DNA of 32,000 bases from positions 241,206 through 273,205 of the forward strand of contig NZ_OMOH01000002.1 of NCBI RefSeq assembly GCF_900289195.1. The letters are read 5' to 3'. Below are positions 1-6,645 of this stretch, piece by piece. The first letter of the stretch is position 1; the number at the start of each line of letters is the position of its first letter. The stretch is from Propionibacterium ruminifibrarum (lineage in GTDB: Bacteria > Actinomycetota > Actinomycetes > Propionibacteriales > Propionibacteriaceae). A model generated the notes under the pieces. That model was given only the letters and a program-made list of their open reading frames with translations. It was not told where the DNA came from and did not search any database. The translations under genes and the position numbers were made by a program.

Positions 1-453
1 CTGCTGCGGGCTCGCGGTTCCGACGTTGAACCACACCGGGGAGTTGAAGGAGAAGTACTGGTGCAGGAGCAACCAGGTGAGCTCCTCGCCGAAGACCTGG
101 GCGTCCTCGTCGGAGGCGAAGTAACCCTCGTCCAGACCGACCCGGGTGTAGGTGTTCACCACGCGATCGATGAGTTGACGCAGGCTCGACTCGCGCTTGT
201 CGGTGCCGACGGCACCGCGGAAGTACTTGGTGGTGACGATGGTGGAGGCGTTGACGCTCCAGAAGTCGGGGAACTCGACGTCCTTCTGCTGGAAGACCGT
301 CTCGCCGGTCTTCCAGTTGGTCTGCACCACGTCACGACGCTGCCAGGTGACCTCGTCGTAGGGATGCACGCCGGCGGTACTGAAGGTGCGCTCAACCGTG
401 AGACCCGCGGACCTCTTGTCGTCGGCCTTGGTCGTGGCCACAGTCTGTGTCAT
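1..453 (-). CDS. nrdJ: Class II (adenosylcobalamin-dependent) ribonucleotide reductase NrdJ, N-terminal part; the 3' end runs off the left edge of the window
   Basis: Not in the ORF track because there is no stop in the window. Manual minus-strand translation from ATG 453-451 gives MTQTVATTKADDKRSAGLTVERTFSTAGVHPYDEVTWQRRDVVQTNWKTGETVFQQKDVEFPDFWSVNASTIVTTKYFRGAVGTDKRESSLRQLIDRVVNTY..., a typical actinobacterial NrdJ N-terminus. A GGAGAGGGA Shine-Dalgarno lies upstream. It sits directly downstream of nrdR, as in the Streptomyces nrdRJ operon. Confidence 0.85.
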   Translation of the reverse strand, partial: MTQTVATTKADDKRSAGLTVERTFSTAGVHPYDEVTWQRRDVVQTNWKTGETVFQQKDVEFPDFWSVNASTIVTTKYFRGAVGTDKRESSLRQLIDRVVNTYTRVGLDEGYFASDEDAQVFGEELTWLLLHQYFSFNSPVWFNVGTASPQQ

Positions 454-546
454 CGTTCCCTCTCCGTATGGGTTCTCGGGCGATCCGCGCCCGACATGGT
501 TGTGCTTCACACGTATGTATTCGGTTGTCGTGGCGGAAGGGCGCAG

Positions 547-569
547 GGGACCTCCGCGGACGGAGTCCC
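547..569 (-). other. Stem-loop in the nrdR-nrdJ intergenic region (9-bp stem with one bulge, 4-nt loop)
   Basis: On the plus strand GGGACCTCCG (547-556), loop CGGA, CGGAGTCCC (561-569). It lies 15 nt after the nrdR stop and has no U-tract. It may be a processing/stability element or a partial terminator. Confidence 0.3.
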
Positions 570-583
570 GGTGCGCGTGAGCC

Positions 584-1054
584 TCAGCTGCCGGCCGTCT
601 GCCGCTCCTGCTCGGCGGCCTGCAGCTTGGCGATCTCGGCCAGGAAGTCTTCCACGCACTGGAAGTGCTGGTAGACGCTGGCGAACCGCAGATAGGCAAC
701 GGGGTCGAGCTCGCTCAACGGCCCGAGAATGGCCACACCCACCTGGTCGGAGGGGATCTCGGCCATGCCGCTGGCCCGCAGCGACTCCTCGACCTGCTGG
801 CCGAGCCGGGCCAGCTGGGCCTCGGTGACGGGCCTGCCCTTGCAGGCCTTGCGCACCCCGCTGATCACCTTGTCCCGGGTGAAGGGTTCGACGACCCCGG
901 ACTTCTTCACGACCACGAGCTGCATCCGCTCGATGGTGGTGAAACGCCGCTCACAGGCCAGGCACTGGCGGCGCCGGCGGATGCTCGCACCGCCCTCGGC
1001 GACCCGCGAGTCGAGGACGCGGGAGTCACAGGTGTGGCAGTAGGGACAACGCAT
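584..1054 (-). CDS. nrdR: Transcriptional repressor NrdR (zinc ribbon plus ATP-cone)
   Basis: Internal start of track ORF 584..1498. The product [63 protein letters not shown]... is 156 aa with CxxC...CxxC. An AAGGAG Shine-Dalgarno lies 9 nt upstream of ATG 1054-1052. Confidence 0.95.
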   Translation of the reverse strand: MRCPYCHTCDSRVLDSRVAEGGASIRRRRQCLACERRFTTIERMQLVVVKKSGVVEPFTRDKVISGVRKACKGRPVTEAQLARLGQQVEESLRASGMAEIPSDQVGVAILGPLSELDPVAYLRFASVYQHFQCVEDFLAEIAKLQAAEQERQTAGS

Positions 1055-1182
1055 ACTGCTCGACTCCTTCGACCACTCGAACCCGCCTGTCACGCCCGCA
1101 AGACTTCGTGGCCACCCGATGGGGCCCTGTGGGCACCCTGTGGACAAGAACCACAACCTGTGGACGAACAACAGGCGTGTAA

Positions 1183-1198
1183 CTACTAGATGTAGGTA
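1183..1198. promoter_or_regulatory. Candidate NrdR box or operator inside an AT-rich imperfect palindrome upstream of nrdR
   Basis: On the minus strand CTACATCTAG (1186-1195) fits the 10-bp core of the NrdR-box consensus acaCwAnAtnTwGtgt exactly, but the flanks do not fit. It is embedded in the 23-bp palindrome TGTAaCTAC-N5-GTAGgTACA (1178-1200, 8 of 11 pairs). TACGGT and TACTGT -10-like hexamers lie just upstream. Confidence 0.3.
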
Positions 1199-1409
1199 CA
1201 CAGTACACCGTATGACCCAACGACAAGACCGACGCGCCCCGGCGGGTCCACACGGCCTTCTCACCGGGACTTCCCACCAGGTGGCCGCCACCACGGACCG
1301 GCCCGCCCCGCAGCGCCGCCGATCAGCACCGATCAGCGCTGAGGAGTCCAGCCGGGAACAGTACACCGGGCAACGCGTCCGGCGCACGGCGCCACTGCGG
1401 CGCGACGAA

Positions 1410-1973
1410 TCAGCGTCCCCGATCGACCTGGACGACGGCAGGGCCCTGCCCGACCGGTTCGTCCGGGATCGAGAGGAAGGAGTGCACCACTCCCCCAAGA
1501 CCCAGCACCAGCACGGCGACGAAGGAGGTCACGACGGCTGCCATGCCACGCTCGGTCAGGCGCCAGCCCCCGCTGCTCCGTGGCGGTTCGTCGCGCCGCG
1601 GCCGCGGCACGGCAGGGGGGACGCTCATGACGGGGGGCACGGCGACACAGGCGGCGGCCAGCAACTCGGCGCTGAGCACCTGGACGTGTTCGGCGTCATC
1701 GACCGGGTCGTCCCCCTGCACCGGCCCCGGCGATGACTCCAGGGGCAGCCGGCACGAACGGACACCCGCCCCCGGGCCGATCGGGATGAGCGAGGCCCCG
1801 GCAAGGCCGTGGCGAGCGGCCGGGGAGACGGGCTGCGCCGGGCGTGCGGGAACGACGGGCTGTGCCGGACGGCCGACCGGAACGGGCGAGCCGCCGCGTA
1901 TCACGGGCCTGGCCCCGGCGGCGGACCCCTGCGCGACGTCGGTGATCCGGCCGTGCTGGTCGAGCTGATCCAT
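1410..1973 (-). CDS. Small single-pass membrane protein in the ChiZ (Rv2719c)/DivS position; candidate SOS-induced division inhibitor with no intact LysM domain
   Basis: 187-aa ORF with a strong Shine-Dalgarno (GGAGG, 5 nt before ATG 1973-1971). It has a Pro/Ala/Gly/Arg-rich N-terminal region, then [27 protein letters not shown] (TM helix), and ends ...AVVQVDRGR. It is divergent from lexA, has two LexA boxes 50-90 bp upstream, and lies upstream of nrdR. Confidence 0.65.
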   Translation of the reverse strand: MDQLDQHGRITDVAQGSAAGARPVIRGGSPVPVGRPAQPVVPARPAQPVSPAARHGLAGASLIPIGPGAGVRSCRLPLESSPGPVQGDDPVDDAEHVQVLSAELLAAACVAVPPVMSVPPAVPRPRRDEPPRSSGGWRLTERGMAAVVTSFVAVLVLGLGGVVHSFLSIPDEPVGQGPAVVQVDRGR

Positions 1974-2023
1974 GTCAACCTCCTACGAGCGAAGCGTTCA
2001 ACCACCTGAACGACTCATCGCTC

Positions 2024-2039
2024 TTCGAACATCTGTTCG
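2024..2039. promoter_or_regulatory. LexA (SOS) box 1, perfect actinobacterial consensus
   Basis: TCGAAC-ATCT-GTTCGA matches TCGAAC-N4-GTTCGA 12/12. It lies 50 bp upstream of the ChiZ-like ORF start. Confidence 0.85.
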
Positions 2040-2048
2040 AGTGAAACA

Positions 2049-2064
2049 ATAGTACATCTGTTCG
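2049..2064. promoter_or_regulatory. LexA (SOS) box 2, imperfect
   Basis: TAGTAC-ATCT-GTTCGA (10/12). It shares a perfect 13-nt direct repeat ACATCTGTTCGAG with box 1 (2028-2040 and 2053-2065, 25-bp period). It overlaps a minus-strand -10-like TACTAT (2048-2053). Confidence 0.55.
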
Positions 2065-2277
2065 AGATGTCCAGGGGTCCGCGCCGGTCGACGCGGGTGC
2101 CCCTGGCGGTCCCGTTCGGACAGCAGGAAGTCAAACAGTCGGCACCGACATTTCTTCGGTGCGCCCGGGGCCGCCGGATCCGGCGCCGGCCCCGGGCCGT
2201 GACCTCGACGGCTCGTGGCCGATCGCGTTCGCCGGGTCACCCCTGCGAAGACCGGAGCACGGAGCCGACACGCAGAG

Positions 2278-2293
2278 TCGAACAGTCGTTTGA
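2278..2293. promoter_or_regulatory. LexA (SOS) box 3, autoregulatory box of lexA
   Basis: TCGAAC-AGTC-GTTTGA (11/12), 31 bp upstream of the lexA ATG. It overlaps a -35-like TTGATT (2290-2295). Confidence 0.75.
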
Positions 2294-2311
2294 TTCATGG
2301 TGTCCCGGGCG

Positions 2312-2317
2312 TAGCAT
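2312..2317 (+). promoter_or_regulatory. -10 hexamer TAGCAT of a probable leaderless lexA promoter
   Basis: The TAnnnT hexamer ends 6 nt before ATG 2324, and there is no Shine-Dalgarno. The spacer to TTGATT (2290-2295) is 16 nt. Confidence 0.5.
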
Positions 2318-2323
2318 GCGGCC

Positions 2324-3136
2324 ATGGGCACACCGAGTCATCCCTCCCCATCCCGGGCCCCGCGCAAGGCCGGCCGCCCGAGCAGGGAGCGCATCGACGC
2401 GGAACTGCAGGCGAGCAGCCCCAAACGCCGGATCGAGCGTCACGCCGCGCCCGGCGAGGGGCCGGCCGTGCCCCCCGACCCGGACCGGCTGACCCGGCGC
2501 CAGCGCCTCATCCTCGACTTCATCCGGACCAGCGTCGACGCCCGGGGCTATCCACCGAGCATCCGCGAGATGGGGGAGGCGGTCGGCCTCACGAGCCCTT
2601 CGAGCGTCGCCCACCAGCTCAAGGTGCTGGAGTCGAAGGGTTTCCTGCGTCGCGATCCGAACCGCCCGCGCGCACTCGAGGTCGTCGAACTCGGCCCGGA
2701 CGGGCCCGAGGAGCCTGCGGAGGAGGCACTCGATCCCACCGGCCTCGGTGACGCCTTTCCCGAGGCCATCCATGTCCCCCTGGTCGGTTCCATCGCGGCC
2801 GGCACGCCGATCCTGGCCGCCGAGCAGGTCGAACAGGTCATGCCCCTGCCCCGCGACCTCGTCGGCTCGGGCACGGTCTTCATGCTCGAGGTGCACGGCG
2901 ACTCGATGGTCGAGGCCGCGATCTGCGATGGCGACTACGTCGTCGTCCGCCAGCAGCCCACCGCGGACAACGGCGACATCGTCGCCGCCCTCATCGACGA
3001 CGAGGCCACCGTCAAGGAGTTCCGCCGCGCCGACGGCCACGTCCTCCTGCTGCCGCACAACGCGCGCTACGAACCGATCGACGGCGACCAGGCGGCCATT
3101 CTCGGCAAGGTCGTCGCAGTACTGCGCCGCATCTGA
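2324..3136 (+). CDS. lexA: LexA repressor (S24 peptidase)
   Basis: 270-aa product with ...[65 protein letters not shown]...[14 protein letters not shown]...[20 protein letters not shown]...KEF... An in-frame TAG at 2312 caps the 5' end. An alternative GTG at 2468 is possible. Confidence 0.95.
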   Translation: MGTPSHPSPSRAPRKAGRPSRERIDAELQASSPKRRIERHAAPGEGPAVPPDPDRLTRRQRLILDFIRTSVDARGYPPSIREMGEAVGLTSPSSVAHQLKVLESKGFLRRDPNRPRALEVVELGPDGPEEPAEEALDPTGLGDAFPEAIHVPLVGSIAAGTPILAAEQVEQVMPLPRDLVGSGTVFMLEVHGDSMVEAAICDGDYVVVRQQPTADNGDIVAALIDDEATVKEFRRADGHVLLLPHNARYEPIDGDQAAILGKVVAVLRRI

Positions 3137-3158
3137 GCCACCGCTTCACCGGAGGCCC

Positions 3159-5189
3159 TCAGGAGGGGCCGGCGAGCCGGCGCAGCGCACTGACCGTGAG
3201 CCCCAGGTCCGTCGTCGTCCAGAACCCCGGCAGGGATCTGCGCAGGTACGGTCCGTACCGGGCCGAGACCAGGCGGGAGTCCAGGACGGCCACCACGCCC
3301 CTGTCGTCGCCGCTCCGGATGAGCCGTCCGGCGCCCTGGGCGAGCCGCAGGGCCGCGTACGTGGCGGCGACCCGCATGAACCCATTGCCGCCGGCTCTCG
3401 CGACCGCCTGCTGACGGGCCTGGATGAGCGGGTCGTCGGGGCGCGGGAACGGGATGCGGTCGATGACGACCAGCCGGCAGGTGTCGCCGGGCGCGTCGAT
3501 GCCCTGCCACAGCGACATGGTGCCGAACAGGCTGGTCGCGGGTTCGGCCATGAAACGGCGGGTGAGTTCGGGCAGCTGGGCCTCGCCCTGGCACAGGACG
3601 GGCAGGTCGGGCAGGGCCTCGCGGACGTGCCCGGCGGCGGTCTCGGCGGCGCGCTGGGAGCTGAACAGGCCCAGGGTGTGGCCGCCGGCGGCCCGGACGA
3701 GTTCGGTGAGCTGGGCGAGTGCGTCCTCGCCGATCCCCTCACGGCCCGGCCTGGACAGGTCTGCCGCGGTGTACAGGATCGCCTGCCTGGCGTAGTCGAA
3801 GGGGGAACCCACGTCGATGCCCCGCCAGGGCAGCCGGGCGTCCGGGTCGTCCTGGCCGGCGGCGGGCGCGGCACTCTCACCGGCGCCGAGGTGCTCGTCG
3901 GCGCGCAGCCCCAGCTGCTGGGCCATGGCCTCGAAGGAACCACCGAGAGCGAGTGTGGCACTGGTCGCGATGGTCGTCGCCCGGGTCATGATCATGCCCC
4001 GCAACAGCCCGGCGACCGACAGCGGGGCGACGTTGAGCCGACGCTCGGAACGCTCCGACGCCCCGACCCAGACGACATCGTCGGCCGACAGGGCGGCCAT
4101 GCGCTCCGCGGTCTCGAAGATCTCGAGGGCGGCCGCGGATGTGGCGACACGCTCCGGGTCGGGCCGGGCCCCTGCCCCCGTCTGGGCAAGCTGGCCGGCG
4201 GCACGCCGCGCGGCGTCCCGGACGCGCCCGGTCGTCTCGACGAGACCGGCGTTCGCCGGGCCGATCCGGCCCGGCTCGGTGTCCTCGAGAGCCCCGCGCA
4301 GGGCGTCAGCCGCTTCGAGCAGGTCGAGGGCCGTCTCGTCGTCGAGCCAGTCGGCGCCCCGCCGCGCCACCCGCTCGATGTGCTGGGGGCCGAGCTCGGC
4401 GCTCGCGGCTGCGGTCACTCGGTCGGTGAGGTCATGGGCCTCGTCGACGATGACGGCGTCGTACTCGGGCAGCACGCCGCCGTGGCTCATCGCATCGATG
4501 GCCAGCAGGGCGTGGTTGGTGATCACGAGGTCCGCCTGACGCGCCCTGGCCCGGGACTCCTCGACGAAGCACTCGTCGTGGAAGGGGCAGCGGGCCCCGA
4601 GGCACTCGCGTGAGCCGATGGAGACCTGCGCCCAGGCACGCCCGGTGTGGGCGGGGGCGTCGTCGCGGTCGGCGAGGCCGCCGTCGGCCGCCTGCTCCTC
4701 GACCCAGGTGCGCAGGGCGAGGACCTCGGCGCCGAGCTCGGTCTGCGCACCCCGCGGGGCGGCCCCGGCCAGGTCGTCCGAGCCCAGCAGGGCGGACTGG
4801 CCGGGCGCGGCGCCCCCGCGCGCACGCATGAGGCAGGCGTAGTTGCTGCGTCCCTTGACGACGGCCGCCGTGGGTCGGTGGCCGGTCACCTCGGCGACCG
4901 CCTGCAGCGCGTCGGGCACGTCCTTGGTGGCCAGCTGGTTCTGCAGGGCGAGGGTTGCGGTCGCGACGACGACCCTGCTGTCCGTGGTCCGGGCGTGCAC
5001 GAGCGCGGGCGCCAGGTAGCCGAGGGACTTGCCGGTGCCGGTGCCGGCCTGGACGAGCAGCTGGGTGCGCTCGGTGAGCGCCTGGGCGACGGCGTCGGCC
5101 ATCGCGCGCTGGCCAGGACGCGCCGATCCCCCGATGGCCCTGACGGCGGCGTCGAGAACGCGGGTGTGCAGGGGCTGGGTCACCGGCAC
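3159..5189 (-). CDS. dinG: ATP-dependent DNA helicase, DinG/Rad3 (XPD-like, Fe-S) family
   Basis: 676 aa with AGTGTGKS (Walker A), VIVDEAHDL (DEAH box), and four Cys (NYACL...ECLGARCPFHDECF) typical of the Fe-S domain. It starts at GTG; an alternative GTG lies at 5183, 6 nt after the TAGGCT hexamer. Confidence 0.9.
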   Translation of the reverse strand: MPVTQPLHTRVLDAAVRAIGGSARPGQRAMADAVAQALTERTQLLVQAGTGTGKSLGYLAPALVHARTTDSRVVVATATLALQNQLATKDVPDALQAVAEVTGHRPTAAVVKGRSNYACLMRARGGAAPGQSALLGSDDLAGAAPRGAQTELGAEVLALRTWVEEQAADGGLADRDDAPAHTGRAWAQVSIGSRECLGARCPFHDECFVEESRARARQADLVITNHALLAIDAMSHGGVLPEYDAVIVDEAHDLTDRVTAAASAELGPQHIERVARRGADWLDDETALDLLEAADALRGALEDTEPGRIGPANAGLVETTGRVRDAARRAAGQLAQTGAGARPDPERVATSAAALEIFETAERMAALSADDVVWVGASERSERRLNVAPLSVAGLLRGMIMTRATTIATSATLALGGSFEAMAQQLGLRADEHLGAGESAAPAAGQDDPDARLPWRGIDVGSPFDYARQAILYTAADLSRPGREGIGEDALAQLTELVRAAGGHTLGLFSSQRAAETAAGHVREALPDLPVLCQGEAQLPELTRRFMAEPATSLFGTMSLWQGIDAPGDTCRLVVIDRIPFPRPDDPLIQARQQAVARAGGNGFMRVAATYAALRLAQGAGRLIRSGDDRGVVAVLDSRLVSARYGPYLRRSLPGFWTTTDLGLTVSALRRLAGPS

Positions 5190-5212
5190 AGCCTATCCGT
5201 CCTCTCCGTCCT

Positions 5213-5235
5213 CGCCCCGGTGGGGCGCCGGGGCG
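5213..5235 (-). terminator. GC hairpin immediately after the hflX stop (candidate terminator)
   Basis: CGCCCCGG (5213-5220), 7-nt loop, CCGGGGCG (5228-5235). The 8-bp stem abuts the hflX stop at 5236-5238. There is no clear U-tract. Confidence 0.35.
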
Positions 5236-6645
5236 TCACTGCCGGAGGGCGAACCCGGCCAGTTCGGATGCCAGGTCGGCGTGGACCCTGGCGACGAGAC
5301 GGGTGCCGTTCTCGAGGTACTCGTCGGACTCGATCTCACCGAAGCGGTGGACCCGGTCGACCAGGTCGCCGCGGTCCCACGGGATGAGGACGTCGACCCG
5401 CTCGTGCGGTGCGGGCAGGCGCGCCTCGATGGCCGCACGGAGCCGCTCCACGCCCTCACCCGTGCGGGCGCTGGCCAGGACGGCGTCCGGGTACTCGGCT
5501 CGCAGCCGGGCGAGGACGTCCGGGTCGGCCCGGTCCGTCTTGTTGACGACGAGCAGTTCGGGCAGCCGGTCGGCTCCGATGCCGGTGAGCACCTCGCGGA
5601 CGGCCCTGATCTGGCCCTCCGGGTCCGGGTCCGAGCCGTCGACGACGTGGACGAGCAGGTCGGCCTGCACCGACTCCTCGAGGGTGGACCGGAAGGCCTC
5701 GACCAGGTCGGTGGGCAGGTGCCTCACGAAGCCGACGGTGTCGGTCATCGTGTAGAGGCGCCCGTCGGCCGCCCTGCAGCGCCGGGTCGTCGGGTCGAGG
5801 GTGGCGAACAGGGCGTCCTCGACGAGCACACCGGCGCCGGTCATCCGGTTGAGCAGCGAACTCTTGCCGGCGTTCGTGTAACCGACGATGGCGGCCGAGG
5901 GGATGCGGTTGCGGCGCCGGCCCTCACGGCCGATGGCGCGCGTGGCATCCATGTCGCGCAGCCTGCGGCGCAGGAGCGCGATGCGCGTGTTGATACGGCG
6001 CCTGTCGGTCTCCAGCTTGGTCTCGCCGGGGCCACGGCCGCCGATGCCGACGCCTGAGGCGGCACGGCCGCCCACCTGACGCGAGAGCGAGTCGCCCCAG
6101 CCGCGCAGGCGCTGCTTGAGGTAGGTGAGCTGGGCCAGCTCGACCTGGGTCTTGCCCTCGACGCTGCGGGCGTGCTGGGCGAAGATGTCGAGGATGAGCG
6201 CGGTGCGGTCGACGACCTTGACCTGCACCCGGTCCTCGAGGTTGCGCAGCTGCGCCGGGCTCAGCTCACCGTCCGCGATGACCGTGTCGGCGCCGGTGGC
6301 GGCGACGATCTCGCGCAGTTCCTCGACCTTGCCCGTGCCCAGGTAGGTGGCCGGCTCGGGGCGCGAGCGGCGCTGGATGAGTCCCTCGAGCACCTGCGAT
6401 CCGGCGGTCTCGGCGAGCGCCTTGAGCTCGACCATGGCGTTGCGGGCGTCCTCGGCCGTGCCGCTGGTCCACACCGAGATGAGCACGACCCGTTCCAGGC
6501 GCAGCTGGCGGTACTCGACCTCGCTCTGGTCCTGCAGCTCGGTGGACATGCCGGGCACGCGGGTGAGCGCCATCCGATCCGCGAGGTCCAGCTGATCACC
6601 GTCGTAGTCGCTCGTGCCGGGCGGGAACGGGCCGGTGCCGCTCAT
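5236..6645 (-). CDS. hflX: GTPase HflX
   Basis: Internal start of track ORF 5236..6894. The product is MSGTGPFPPG...EYRQLRLERVVLISVWTSG...GYTNAGKSSLLNRMTGA...DTVGFVRHLP...NKTD. The start ATG overlaps the dapF stop (ATGA, 6642-6645). Confidence 0.93.
   Translation of the reverse strand: MSGTGPFPPGTSDYDGDQLDLADRMALTRVPGMSTELQDQSEVEYRQLRLERVVLISVWTSGTAEDARNAMVELKALAETAGSQVLEGLIQRRSRPEPATYLGTGKVEELREIVAATGADTVIADGELSPAQLRNLEDRVQVKVVDRTALILDIFAQHARSVEGKTQVELAQLTYLKQRLRGWGDSLSRQVGGRAASGVGIGGRGPGETKLETDRRRINTRIALLRRRLRDMDATRAIGREGRRRNRIPSAAIVGYTNAGKSSLLNRMTGAGVLVEDALFATLDPTTRRCRAADGRLYTMTDTVGFVRHLPTDLVEAFRSTLEESVQADLLVHVVDGSDPDPEGQIRAVREVLTGIGADRLPELLVVNKTDRADPDVLARLRAEYPDAVLASARTGEGVERLRAAIEARLPAPHERVDVLIPWDRGDLVDRVHRFGEIESDEYLENGTRLVARVHADLASELAGFALRQ

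Noticed and set aside
454-583. Possible B12 riboswitch or NrdR box upstream of nrdJ
   Set aside because: I found no B12-box-like sequence, no multi-stem architecture and no match to the NrdR-box core CwAnAtnTwG. The region holds only one hairpin plus a Shine-Dalgarno, so nrdJ is probably co-transcribed with nrdR.
2748-4613. 621-aa plus-strand ORF antisense to the DinG-family helicase. Similar long antisense or alternative-frame ORFs are 14989..17385 (-), 24194..26326 (+), 26845..28614 (+), 7686..9248 (-), 10008..10844 (-), 20417..21775 (+) and 22425..24452 (+).
   Set aside because: All overlap genes with unmistakable family signatures on the other strand or in another frame. All have Arg/Gly/Pro/Ala-dominated, motif-free translations and lack ribosome-binding sites. 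They are GC-content artefacts.
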